Below are positions 49,980 to 59,574 of a DNA stretch of 64,000 nucleotides, piece after piece. Made by a program: the position numbers and the translations under genes. This DNA comes from Arenicellales bacterium. GTDB lineage: Bacteria; Pseudomonadota; Gammaproteobacteria; Arenicellales; JAJDZL01. The stretch covers positions 2,467,011-2,531,010 of the forward strand of contig OZ253563.1 in assembly GCA_965262855.1 (NCBI GenBank), given 5' to 3'. Each line of letters opens with the position of its first letter. The first letter of the stretch is position 1. The notes beneath the pieces were generated by a model. It searched no databases and had not been told where the DNA came from. It was given only the letters and a program-made list of their open reading frames with translations.

Positions 49980-50510
49980 TCAGTTTTCGATCCGAGTTAG
50001 TTCGGCATCATACTTAACAATCTCCACAAAAATTGCTTCTGAATCCTCTGCTCCCATCACACGTTGATTCAGATTGTGCTCCTCGAATCCACGAGCCAGC
50101 TTCGCCAAAATCTTGATGTGCGCATCTGCACAATCGGCGGGAACGAGTAAGCCACAAACAATAAATACTGGTTTTTCATCGCTGGCATCCATGTCTAGAG
50201 GTGTTTTCATGCGCATGATCGCCCCAACTGCATTCGGCAAACCGTTTAGGCGACCGTGCGGCAACGCAACACCATTGCCAACACATGTGCTGCCAAGTCT
50301 TTCACGCTCAAGCAGTGCGCGAAAGACAGTATCTTTGTCGATGGCGTGCAGGTTGTTCTTTGTAAACAGACCCGACATTGATTCAATCATGCGTTTCAGA
50401 CTTGAAACCTGCACATCGGTTTGTATTCGCTCTGGAGAGAATACCTCTCTCAGTCGTGTTTCGTATTCAGAAGATACGCCATCTGATGAGTGATCTGAAC
50501 TGTCGCTCAT
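49980..50510 (-). CDS. ptsN: PTS IIA-like nitrogen regulatory protein
   Basis: EIIA-Ntr motif GNGVALPHGRL, and the conserved position after hpf. Confidence 0.88.
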   Translation of the reverse strand: MSDSSDHSSDGVSSEYETRLREVFSPERIQTDVQVSSLKRMIESMSGLFTKNNLHAIDKDTVFRALLERERLGSTCVGNGVALPHGRLNGLPNAVGAIMRMKTPLDMDASDEKPVFIVCGLLVPADCADAHIKILAKLARGFEEHNLNQRVMGAEDSEAIFVEIVKYDAELTRIEN

Positions 50511-50512
50511 CG

Positions 50513-50836
50513 CTAGTTACGAATTGTTCGCTGTCGGTCGATGTGTCGACCGTGATCCGTAAGTCTTTCCTTGTGCTTGACAATCTGCCGGTCTAGTTTG
50601 TTAGACATGGAATCAATGGCCGCAAACATGTCGGTCGCTTCGGATTTGGCGTGAATGGCTATTTTTCGACCATGAATCGTCGCTTCCGACTGAAACGATG
50701 ACTTTTCTTTATGCAGAACCACATCGACTGTCGTAGGTTGGCGAAAGTGATTACCTACTTTTTTCAATCTCTTGTTCACATATTCACGAATGAAATCGGT
50801 AATATTTACTTGGTGTCCAGTTACTGAAATTTTCAT
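50513..50836 (-). CDS. hpf: Ribosome hibernation promoting factor
   Basis: MKISVTGHQVNITDFIREYV sigma-54 modulation protein fold. The ATG overlaps the rpoN TGA. Confidence 0.88.
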   Translation of the reverse strand: MKISVTGHQVNITDFIREYVNKRLKKVGNHFRQPTTVDVVLHKEKSSFQSEATIHGRKIAIHAKSEATDMFAAIDSMSNKLDRQIVKHKERLTDHGRHIDRQRTIRN

Positions 50837-52218
50837 CACATCACCTCTCTGTTTGGCATCTGATTTATTGCAATCGCTTTACGCTTTCTCCGAGTTGGAA
50901 TATGCATGCTTGATCGATATTTTGCAACCGTTCGACGTGCAATCCGTATTCCACTGCCGCGTAGCTGTTCTGTAATTTGTTGATCGCTGAGGGGCGATCT
51001 CCCATCTTCCTGCTCGACAAGTCGCAACAACTTGTGCTTAATAGACAGGGCCGATTCATCTTCTCCAATGTCGCTTCTGATCCGATAGGAAAATAAATAC
51101 TTTAATTCAAAAGTACCTCTTGGCGTCATTATATATTTGCGCGAACAGGCTCGACTGACTGTTGATTCATGCAGCTCCAGAGTCTCCGCCACTTCACGTA
51201 GCGTCAACGGTTTCATCACCTGTTCTCCATGTTCGAGAAATGATTGCTGGTGCATGACGAGTGTGCGCGCGACACGTAAAATTGTCTCGTGACGTCTGTT
51301 TAGGTCTTCAAGAAATGAGTTCGCTCGGTTGAAACTGCTTTTCAGGTACCGAGTATCAACCGCTTTCCTGGCACGGCGGACCATAGACTGGTAACTCGAC
51401 GAAATTTTTAATTTTGGTAAAACATCGGAATTCAATTCAACGCTCCACTGATCGCCAATTTTTCGAGCAATTACATCTGGAACCACAGCAACTGCCGAAG
51501 CTCCGAACTCGTTGCCGGGCGCCGGATTCAGCGATTGAATCAGATCAACGGCAGCGCGAACTTCTTCCAGGTCGTATCCCGACTTGATGCTAATCTGATC
51601 AAGCTCCATTTCAGACAGCAGTTCCAAATGATTGAGAAGAATGTTTTGAGCACTATTGCGTACTGTACTGGAGGCCTTGATATGGTCTAGTTGAATGCAC
51701 AGGCATTCCTGAAGGTTTCGGGATGCAACACCTGGCGGGTCAAATTGCTGAACAATTGCCAGTGCCGATTCCACCTCTCTCAGATTCACGTCACGCGGCA
51801 GAATTTCCAGAATATCCGTGAGTGATTCCGCAAGATATCCACGGTCGTCCACCGATTCAACGATCATTTCAACAATGACTCGCTGCCAGCCTGACAGACC
51901 AGAATTACGTATCTGTTGATTCAAGTGGTCTCGGATCGTCGGCATGCTCTGAGCGTGTGCAGCACGCTCCAGAATTTCATCAGTATCAGACTCTGAGATG
52001 TTAGAGGCGGGAGACGGATATTCGCCAGGCAAATAGAATTCATCAGCCTTATCGGAAAGTTCAGGCTCAAATTCTTCCAGCAGAGGATTGCTGTCGAGAA
52101 CATTGCGAACTTCTTCCACTAACTCAGAACTAGGCATTTGCAGAACTCGCACAGCAGCAGAAAAACGCGCATTGAATTCCGGTTTCTGTCGTTGCCTTAG
52201 TTCTGTTCGCTGTCTCAT
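50836..52218 (-). CDS. rpoN: RNA polymerase sigma-54 factor
   Basis: RpoN box ARRTVAKYR, an acidic region II, and a glutamine/arginine-rich N-terminus. ATG 52218 is the start. Confidence 0.95.
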   Translation of the reverse strand: MRQRTELRQRQKPEFNARFSAAVRVLQMPSSELVEEVRNVLDSNPLLEEFEPELSDKADEFYLPGEYPSPASNISESDTDEILERAAHAQSMPTIRDHLNQQIRNSGLSGWQRVIVEMIVESVDDRGYLAESLTDILEILPRDVNLREVESALAIVQQFDPPGVASRNLQECLCIQLDHIKASSTVRNSAQNILLNHLELLSEMELDQISIKSGYDLEEVRAAVDLIQSLNPAPGNEFGASAVAVVPDVIARKIGDQWSVELNSDVLPKLKISSSYQSMVRRARKAVDTRYLKSSFNRANSFLEDLNRRHETILRVARTLVMHQQSFLEHGEQVMKPLTLREVAETLELHESTVSRACSRKYIMTPRGTFELKYLFSYRIRSDIGEDESALSIKHKLLRLVEQEDGRSPLSDQQITEQLRGSGIRIARRTVAKYRSSMHIPTRRKRKAIAINQMPNREVM

Positions 52219-52343
52219 TAACAAACTAACTTTTGCTGAATGATGGATGCAAGTCGATCCAATACGCAGTCTATTATTCTTCCATTCTACAATATCTGAA
52301 TGCTCACGGAAAATGCAAATTCAAATCAGATGAGACTACGATA

Positions 52344-53123
52344 CTAGATTCGGAAATTCTCTCCAAGATAGAATTTTTTTGCGACAGGATTACTCAGAAT
52401 TTGATCCGCAGCACCAGAAACAATCACTTCACCATGACTCAGAATGTGAGCCCTGGTGCAGATTTTCAGGGTTTCACGAACGTTATGGTCTGTTATCAAG
52501 ATGCCTACATTTCTCCGGCTCATCCATCTAATCATAGTGACGACATCCTCTACCGCGATTGGATCAACACCAGCGAATGGCTCGTCCAGAAGCATGAAGC
52601 GGGGGCGCAGTGCTATTGCGCGTGCAATCTCCACCCGACGACGCTCACCGCCGGACAACGTTCTAGCCAACTGTTTGCGAAGGTGGGTGATCTGAAATTC
52701 CTCTAGTAAATCATTCAGAATCTGCTTCTGCTGAGTGCGTGTCATCTTCTTTCTGGTCTCAAGAACAGCTTTTACATTGTCCTCAACGCTGAGTCGACGA
52801 AAAACGGAGGGTTCCTGCGGAAGATATCCAATTCCCAATCTGGCACGAGCATACATCGGCAATTTGGATATATTGGTGCCATCCAGCATAATCGCGCCGC
52901 GTTCACATGCCTCCAAACCGATGATGAGGTTGAAGCAGGTTGTTTTGCCTGCACCATTGGGACCAAGCAATCCAATTATTTCACCCGCGTCCACATGCAG
53001 GTTGATTGATTTTACGACCGGTCGAGACTTGAACGACTTGCTGATATTTCTGATATCGAGACGGCCGAATTCGGGAGAACTTTTCGCCTGCCTTTCGGCT
53101 ACGGTTTCCTGCATGCTGTGCAC
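52344..53123 (-). CDS. lptB: LPS export ABC transporter ATP-binding protein
   Basis: GLLGPNGAGKTT, LSGGERRRVEIARA and MLLDEP. The start is GTG 53123 or ATG 53114. Confidence 0.93.
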   Translation of the reverse strand: MHSMQETVAERQAKSSPEFGRLDIRNISKSFKSRPVVKSINLHVDAGEIIGLLGPNGAGKTTCFNLIIGLEACERGAIMLDGTNISKLPMYARARLGIGYLPQEPSVFRRLSVEDNVKAVLETRKKMTRTQQKQILNDLLEEFQITHLRKQLARTLSGGERRRVEIARAIALRPRFMLLDEPFAGVDPIAVEDVVTMIRWMSRRNVGILITDHNVRETLKICTRAHILSHGEVIVSGAADQILSNPVAKKFYLGENFRI

Positions 53124-53128
53124 GCCGG

Positions 53129-53644
53129 TTAGTTTACGCTTTCAATGGTAATGGTTGTTCGGCTGTCGGTGGTGCCAGCATCTTGATCGGTGAAAGTCCT
53201 GATTTCACCAGATTCTATGTCGTAAACTGCCAAGTGCGCAGCCAACAGTGCATCTTTCTGCTTGATCTGAACATCACCTTTTAGTTCAATCTGATTCAAC
53301 TCATAATCAATAGTGGCATTTTTCGCCGTTCCGGTTACGTAGGATTCACCATCTTCCGGCGTACCAATGCTCACAGTCAGGGGAGAGCCGCGCGCTACAG
53401 CCCTGCCTGTTCCGTTTTCACTGATTGAGTACTCTGCCCAGTCGGCATTGAGTTTCACGTCTCCTCGTGTAATGACTACATTGCCGTTAAACACACCAGT
53501 AGAACTTTCCTGATTGTAGGTTACCGAGTTCGCACTGATTTGGAATCTGTTTTCTTGAGCCCATGCTGAAGCCGACACTGTGGCACATATAGCCACCACA
53601 ATCGTGAATCTAAAATAATGTAGAAATAATTTTTTATTATTCAT
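53129..53644 (-). CDS. lptA: LPS transport periplasmic protein LptA
   Basis: Signal peptide and OstA-like beta-jellyroll repeats (GNVVITRGDVKLNADWAEY), positioned between lptC and lptB. Confidence 0.8.
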   Translation of the reverse strand: MNNKKLFLHYFRFTIVVAICATVSASAWAQENRFQISANSVTYNQESSTGVFNGNVVITRGDVKLNADWAEYSISENGTGRAVARGSPLTVSIGTPEDGESYVTGTAKNATIDYELNQIELKGDVQIKQKDALLAAHLAVYDIESGEIRTFTDQDAGTTDSRTTITIESVN

Positions 53645-53695
53645 AAAAGCAATGATAATGAAAAAAATCTAAATGTGTGAGTAATTGAAACTCAC

Positions 53696-54124
53696 CTATT
53701 CCAGAGCGTGATTCAGTTCTATGGTCAGCGTATCCATGTGAGAAACAACAGAGCCTGACTGATCGTTCTTAGTCAAAGCAACCACCACATCTCCCTTCAA
53801 CACTACGATGTTCGTGCTTTCATGGTACACACCTGAACTTGCCCTGGTTTGCCGATATGTACCATCCGGATAGTGCTGATAAATTCGCGGTCGTTCCAGT
53901 TCACTGATTCCTTGATCCGGAAACTGTCGAAGGGCTTCTGCTTCAATCGTGTAGTTCACTCCTGATTCGGACGCTGCTCCCACTATTTTCACGTTGCTCA
54001 TCGTGCGTTGGCGTTCAATGGAAGTTGGCTCCGTTGCCACGTCTCCATCATTCCGACTGACTAACACGACTATAATCGTAAAAATGCTGACAGCAACCAG
54101 GCTGGTACTGATTATCCACCTCAT
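53696..54124 (-). CDS. lptC: LPS export system protein LptC (short)
   Basis: A single N-terminal TM anchor followed by a beta-rich domain, positioned upstream of lptA. At 142 aa it is shorter than typical. Confidence 0.6.
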   Translation of the reverse strand: MRWIISTSLVAVSIFTIIVVLVSRNDGDVATEPTSIERQRTMSNVKIVGAASESGVNYTIEAEALRQFPDQGISELERPRIYQHYPDGTYRQTRASSGVYHESTNIVVLKGDVVVALTKNDQSGSVVSHMDTLTIELNHALE

Positions 54125-54191
54125 TCCGACACCAAGAGCGGAAGCTCTGAAGAAACGCTCAATGCTTTGAACACATCGGCCATCCGGTTAT

Positions 54192-55022
54192 TTGCACTTG
54201 AACACTTATCCGCCGTCGGGGCAAAGCAAATCTATCGTTTCGATTGAAAGAATTGAATTCTTCTTCGGTCAAAAATCAGTCTTTTCCAATGTTAGCATAG
54301 AAGTCCCTTGGCATGGCGTCAGTGTCATTATGGGGCCTAGCGGATGCGGAAAATCAACCCTGCTCAACATGATTTGCGGTCGGCTTAAACCGACTCGCGG
54401 AACGATTCGGGTATTTGACCAACAGGTGTCGCTGTTAAGAGAGCCGGAACTTTTCGACATGCGACGCAAAATGGGCATGATGTTTCAATCCAATGCGCTG
54501 CTGACCGATCTAAATGTGTTCGAAAACGTCGCCTTCCCATTGCGAGAAAATACCAATCTGCCTGAAACATTAATTCAAAAACTAGTGCTCATGAAACTTG
54601 AGCAAGTCGGTCTTCGTGGCACGAAGGACTTAATGCCATCAGAGCTTTCCGGCGGCATGAGCAGGCGAGTCGCTCTGGCAAGAGCGACCGCAATGGATCC
54701 AGAACTGTTGCTCTGTGACGAGCCATTTACCGGATTGGACCCGATTTCTCTGGGCGTTATCACCAAGCTAGTACGCGAGCTGACCGATGCCTTGAATACG
54801 ACTTCCATCGTCGTCACCCATGATGTCGAAGAAGGGCTAAGCATTGCCGACCATGTATTCCTGCTTGGCGATGGATTGTTGCTCGCCAGCGGCACACCCA
54901 AAGAACTTCTACAGAGCACGCAACCCGAGGTACGGCAATTTCTGCACGGACTGCCCGACGGCCCTGTGCCGTTCCACTACCCAGCCAACGACTATAGAGG
55001 TGAGCTTCTTGGCAAGCCGTAA
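54192..55022 (+). CDS. mlaF: Phospholipid ABC transporter ATP-binding protein MlaF
   Basis: GPSGCGKSTLL, LSGGMSRRVALARA and LLCDEPFTGLDP. The start is TTG. Confidence 0.88.
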   Translation: MHLNTYPPSGQSKSIVSIERIEFFFGQKSVFSNVSIEVPWHGVSVIMGPSGCGKSTLLNMICGRLKPTRGTIRVFDQQVSLLREPELFDMRRKMGMMFQSNALLTDLNVFENVAFPLRENTNLPETLIQKLVLMKLEQVGLRGTKDLMPSELSGGMSRRVALARATAMDPELLLCDEPFTGLDPISLGVITKLVRELTDALNTTSIVVTHDVEEGLSIADHVFLLGDGLLLASGTPKELLQSTQPEVRQFLHGLPDGPVPFHYPANDYRGELLGKP

Positions 55023-55803
55023 TCCGCTCGACTGGGTACGGTCTATCGGCGCAACAACCATTCAAGCGGTCGAGCGACTGGGAAAAGCAACGATATTCCT
55101 CTGTCGAACCGTCGCCCAGTTTCCAGTAATTGCGACACGCCCTTCGCTTGTCGTGAGGCAGCTACACTCGGTCGGCGTACTTACAGTATTAATCACAGTC
55201 GTGGCAGGAGCATTCGTAGGAATGGTGCTGGGTTTTCAGGGGTATTACACTCTGATCGACTTTGGTGCCGAAAGCTCACTCGGTTTGCTGGTCGCCCTTA
55301 GTCTGACGCGTGAGCTGGGGCCGGTTCTGTCGGCTCTGCTGTATACCGGAAGAGCAGGGTCTGCACTAACCGCCGAAATTGGCCTGATGAAAACAACCGA
55401 ACAGCTTGCTGCGCTTGAAATGATGGCGGTCAATCCAGTTGAGAGAGTTGTGGCACCACGACTGCTTGCAGGTGTGATTGCTGTACCTCTGCTTTGTGCA
55501 ATGTTCACATTCGTCGGCATATTGGGCGGCTACTTTGTCGGCGTCATACAGCTTGGAGTAGATTCAGGCGTGTATTGGTCCGCCATTCAGGAAGGCGTAG
55601 ATCTATACCAGGACTTACTGAACGGACTGATAAAAAGCGTAGCGTTCGGCATTATCGTCACCTGGATTGCGGTATTTGAGGGCTACGATGCTTATCCATC
55701 CGCAGAAGGCATCAGCAGTGCGACGACACGAACGGTTGTAACCGCCTCGCTGGCAATCCTCGGTGTCGACTATATTCTCACAGCGTTGATGTTCGGAATT
55801 TAG
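55000..55803 (+). CDS. mlaE: Phospholipid ABC transporter permease MlaE
   Basis: MlaE-type permease (LGPVLSALLYTGRAGSALTAEIGLMK). GTG 55000 gives about 267 aa and overlaps the mlaF end. Confidence 0.88.
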   Translation: MSFLASRNPLDWVRSIGATTIQAVERLGKATIFLCRTVAQFPVIATRPSLVVRQLHSVGVLTVLITVVAGAFVGMVLGFQGYYTLIDFGAESSLGLLVALSLTRELGPVLSALLYTGRAGSALTAEIGLMKTTEQLAALEMMAVNPVERVVAPRLLAGVIAVPLLCAMFTFVGILGGYFVGVIQLGVDSGVYWSAIQEGVDLYQDLLNGLIKSVAFGIIVTWIAVFEGYDAYPSAEGISSATTRTVVTASLAILGVDYILTALMFGI

Positions 55804-56343
55804 GCAACTAGATTGGTTTAATATGCTCCATGATTGCGACTTCAGAGGCAATTCTTTTTTCTTCGGTTCATACGCCGGGATGGCCAAACTGCAAAGGTAT
55901 CAGTTCCAGAAATATGCTCACTCCCAAACCGCAGACGATGGTACCGAACACATTGCGAAGCCACAATCTGGTTCGCGCTCGTGCAAGCCAGTCTGACGCC
56001 GCGCTCATTGCGAGCAACATACGACCGGGGTACAGGTCCCCCGAAGGTGTTCTCCGACACAAGTATCCATTGGTACTCTCGATCGCAAGCCCTACCTAAT
56101 TCCAATTGAACCAAGGATTCGGTGATATTGTAGGGAATCCTGTGGTCGCATTTCGCAGCCAATGGTACAGGTATTCATAGATAACTTTTGCTTCACTTTC
56201 AATCGCACCCGTCCATATATGGGTACAGGTCGAAATTACCAGTTAGCGGGTTTAGTGATATCAGTTCCCGGAATTGGAGATGGGAGTTGATTATTTCGCA
56301 ACACACTGTCTCGAATATGACGATGAAAATTAGCGTGGCGCAA

Positions 56344-56859
56344 TTAACGTTGGGAGGGAAACCCTTTTCCAGGTGTTATAAGACCTATTTGTTTGCCATG
56401 GTGCAATTGTACAAGACGCATAGCCTCTGCAATATCACTGTCATTCGTGACTACAATCGCACTGTCGTAGCAATTCATCCACCCATCATTCAAAAGATGC
56501 ACAGAAAGATTTACGTCAGAACCTTTTTCCTCGGTCTTGAAGATTTCGACGAATCGTGGTCCATTGCAGGGATTGACCAGTGGCGCTTGTACCTTATGGG
56601 TCTGAAAGTGACCAAAATATAGTTCGACTTCTCCACAATGGTGCTGCAGTGCACGTAGATAGACGTTTTGACGTCGCGGTTTCGAAGGATTGTTGGGACG
56701 TTTAGTTACGCGTGCGGTGAAGTATTTGATTTTGACAATATTGTGGTGCGGTTGCAGAATGGCACCGAACATACCAGTGAGGTCTAGCCATTTGAATGCG
56801 GTGCCCTTCAGTGCACGATAGTAGAGGTTAAACCCATCAACATAAATGTATGTTCGCAC
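56344..56859 (-). CDS. NYN-domain (PIN-like) protein, probably truncated by an in-frame TAA
   Basis: The gene starts at GTG and encodes MRTYIYVDGFNLYY...KTEEKGSDVNL...VVTNDSDIAEA. The frame stays protein-like for 35 more codons after TAA 56344-56346 (LRHANFHRHIRDSVLRNNQLPSPIPGTDITKPANW) down to 56236. Confidence 0.7.
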   Translation of the reverse strand: MRTYIYVDGFNLYYRALKGTAFKWLDLTGMFGAILQPHHNIVKIKYFTARVTKRPNNPSKPRRQNVYLRALQHHCGEVELYFGHFQTHKVQAPLVNPCNGPRFVEIFKTEEKGSDVNLSVHLLNDGWMNCYDSAIVVTNDSDIAEAMRLVQLHHGKQIGLITPGKGFPSQR

Positions 56860-56878
56860 AATATAAACAAAAAAAGCA

Positions 56879-56899
56879 GGGGCCTCTTAATGAGGCCCC
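56879..56899 (-). terminator. Rho-independent terminator (minus strand) upstream of the NYN gene
   Basis: GGGGCCTC-TTAAT-GAGGCCCC, followed on the minus strand by a T-run (TTTTTTTGTTT). Confidence 0.65.
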
Positions 56900-57314
56900 G
56901 CACCTAACGGTCGAAGCCAGCTAGGGTAGTAATTGATGAATTTACGGTTATTCTCCCCCATTGTCAATAGGATTGCTCGCGTAAATGGCAATTTCTACTG
57001 ATTGACGTGAGGAAATGTTGCGGCCATGCTCATCGAATAGAACACTGGTAAACTCTGGACTGTTTGACATTTGCGGAGACTCGTATCGGGTGCTTCCCCC
57101 GACACATTGATGCTTTCTGTTTTTTGTTTAGTTTCATACCTGAAAACAAGTACTAATTTCAGACTTCCTGACCTCTGGCATAATTTCCGATGTCTGATTT
57201 TAGCGGATTGCCGGGCATTAATTTTCAAGAAAACCCGCAGGCGACAATTCGTAGAACAACGTCAGTTCCGTACCTGGAAATTGGGTACGGGTAGCATTGA
57301 GTTCTTCGATCAGC

Positions 57315-57447
57315 GGCAGCAGTGGGCGGTCGATAGCATTGCTGGCGAGTCTCAGAAATTGAACTCGCAGCAGTCCACAATCCGGTTGCGAGATGAGATT
57401 CGCACTGGAACAGTTGGCTGAGTAGTTTGCGAGCATTGCGTTTTTTC
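57315..57447. repeat. 133-bp direct repeat, left copy (target duplication of the IS1634-family element)
   Basis: Base-for-base identical to 59442-59574 by my manual comparison. Confidence 0.85.
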
Positions 57448-59441
57448 TTGACTTCGTAGAAAACTCGATTTTTACTCGATTTTCCGGATTTCATTTTTCA
57501 ATATTATCATCATCTTGCAAGCGTCCATCCTGAAAAACAGCGATGTAGTGCCCTCATCAAAATAATACTTGCATATCAATCCGGACTGATGTATAACTTC
57601 ATCCATGTTTGTAAGAAAGAAATTCGATGCCGCCCGAAACCGATACCGGGTGCAGATCGTGCAGAGCTTCCGCGACGGCAAGAAGGTGCGCCAGAAGATT
57701 ATCCGCCATGTCGGCACCGCGCCCGGCGGCGCCCAGCTGACAAAGCTGATGGAGCTCGGCGAGTTCATCAAGGAAGATCTCCGGCAGCAGTCCAATCCGC
57801 AGCAGGAGCTGTTCACGCCCAAGCAATACGCGGATCTTCTGAGCCAGTGCCGACGCAACCGCAAAGCGGCGCACCTCGGCGTCGACCTTGGACAGTGCCG
57901 GGAACAAAACCGCCTGAACATCGGCGTGCGCGAAGCATTCGGCCGGCTTTACTCGAGCATGGGCTGGGACCGCCTGCTCGGTTCCCGCAAAGCCAGCGCC
58001 AATCGCATCATCAAGGAACTGGTGCTGGCGCGCATCGCCCAGCCGCGGTCGAAACGCGGCACCGTCATGGAGCTGGCAAGAGACGGCGGCGTGACGCTGA
58101 ATCTGGACTGGGTCTATCAGTCCATGGACTATCTTGACCCGCGGGTGATTGACAGCATACGCCGAAACGCGTCGGCCCGGGCTGAGGAACTTTTCACGCA
58201 GCCGATCGATGTCCTGTTCTATGACACCACGACACTTTATTTTCAAAGCGACCGGGAAGACTACGGCCAAAACAAAGATCCTCTTCGCTTCAAGGGCTAC
58301 AGCAAGGACGGCAAGCCGCATCGAACCCAGGTGGTGCTGGCATTGCTGGTGACCCGCGGCGGGATTCCGCTGGATTATGAGCTTTATCCGGGCAACACCT
58401 ACGAGGGCGACACGCTGTGCCGGGCGCTCGATGGCATCACCGAACGATACGATGTGAGCCGGGTGACCGTGGTGGCCGATGCAGGGCTGTTCAGCCACAG
58501 CAATCTTGAATGGCTGCGCGAGCGCAACCTGCCCTACATTGTGGGGTTTCGCGCCAAGAATGCGACGCGCAAGCTCAAGGAGCAGATTCTCGATGCCGAC
58601 GGCTATGAGGGCTATATGTTCGACCAGGATGGTGAGGCTCAGTGCAACTGCAAGATCATCGCCCGCGGCGAGGAGCGAATCATCGCGACTTATTCAAAGA
58701 AGCGGGCGAGAAAAGACCGCCACAGCCGAGAGCGGGCGCTGGAGAAGCTGCTCAAGCGCCTGAAGCGTAGCGCAAAGCCGCTCAGCCTGGTGTCAAAAGG
58801 ACATGCGCGGTTTCTCAACGTTCCATCTGACGGCGAGGCCACGGTCAATGAGGAAAAAGTGGCACAGGCCGCGCGCTGGGACGGCATCCACACCATCATC
58901 GCCTGGGGCAACGATCAGCTCAGCACCACCGAGCTGCTGCACCAATACCGTCAGCTGTGGCACATCGAACGCGGATTTCGCACCAACAAGCACGATCTGA
59001 GGATCCGACCGATCTTTCATTGGACAAGCCGGCGCATCCGAGCCCATATCGCCATCTGTTTCATGGCGTATTGCTGTGTGCAGCACATGAGCCACCGGCT
59101 CCAGGCGCTCGGACATCCGATGAGTCCGGAATCGATGCGGCGCGAACTGAACCACCTGCAGGTCAGCATTCTGGAAAACCACCAAGACGACCGCAGATTC
59201 GCGATACCGAGCAACGCGTCGGCGCAAGCCAGACGGATCTATCGCTGTGTGAACCTCAAGTGGAGCACCGTACCGTTTGAGATCAAGCCCATGTGACAAC
59301 CGACCTGATCCTTGCCAAATCGCTGCTGACACTGTGGCGCAATCTGACCGGTTTTGGTACCAACCTCAAAATGTAGTGCCCACATTTGAACCTCGATTCA
59401 ATTAAAACAACTATTTACAGCGAAAGTTCTATTAACTCAAG
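57448..59441 (+). mobile_element. IS1634-family insertion sequence (about 1994 bp), apparently intact
   Basis: Single 563-aa transposase ORF. The terminal inverted repeats are imperfect, about 21 bp: (C)TTGACTTCGTAGAAAACTCG versus the reverse complement CTTGAGTTAATAGAACTTTCG. The element is flanked by the 133-bp direct repeat. Its ORF is visibly GC-rich while its ends are AT-rich. Confidence 0.85.
57605..59296 (+). CDS. IS1634 family transposase
   Basis: N-terminus MFVRKKFDAARNRYRVQIVQSFRDGKKVRQ, DDE core (FYDTTTLYF, VVADAGL) and YRQLWHIERGFRTNKHDLRIRPIFHW. Confidence 0.9.
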   Translation: MFVRKKFDAARNRYRVQIVQSFRDGKKVRQKIIRHVGTAPGGAQLTKLMELGEFIKEDLRQQSNPQQELFTPKQYADLLSQCRRNRKAAHLGVDLGQCREQNRLNIGVREAFGRLYSSMGWDRLLGSRKASANRIIKELVLARIAQPRSKRGTVMELARDGGVTLNLDWVYQSMDYLDPRVIDSIRRNASARAEELFTQPIDVLFYDTTTLYFQSDREDYGQNKDPLRFKGYSKDGKPHRTQVVLALLVTRGGIPLDYELYPGNTYEGDTLCRALDGITERYDVSRVTVVADAGLFSHSNLEWLRERNLPYIVGFRAKNATRKLKEQILDADGYEGYMFDQDGEAQCNCKIIARGEERIIATYSKKRARKDRHSRERALEKLLKRLKRSAKPLSLVSKGHARFLNVPSDGEATVNEEKVAQAARWDGIHTIIAWGNDQLSTTELLHQYRQLWHIERGFRTNKHDLRIRPIFHWTSRRIRAHIAICFMAYCCVQHMSHRLQALGHPMSPESMRRELNHLQVSILENHQDDRRFAIPSNASAQARRIYRCVNLKWSTVPFEIKPM

Positions 59442-59574
59442 GGCAGCAGTGGGCGGTCGATAGCATTGCTGGCGAGTCTCAGAAATTGAACTCGCAGCAG
59501 TCCACAATCCGGTTGCGAGATGAGATTCGCACTGGAACAGTTGGCTGAGTAGTTTGCGAGCATTGCGTTTTTTC
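59442..59574. repeat. 133-bp direct repeat, right copy
   Basis: Identical to 57315-57447. Confidence 0.85.

Noticed and set aside
55451-55467. Sigma-54-like promoter TGGCACCACGACTGCTT
   Set aside because: It is a near match to TGGCAC-N5-TTGC, but it lies inside the mlaE coding region with no downstream gene start. It is probably a chance match.
57599-59332. Minus-strand ORFs 57599..58498 (299 aa) and 58793..59332 (179 aa), and other overlapping ORFs in the IS1634-family element
   Set aside because: These are shadow ORFs of the GC-rich transposase gene. The plus-strand 563-aa frame has the clear IS1634-family motifs.
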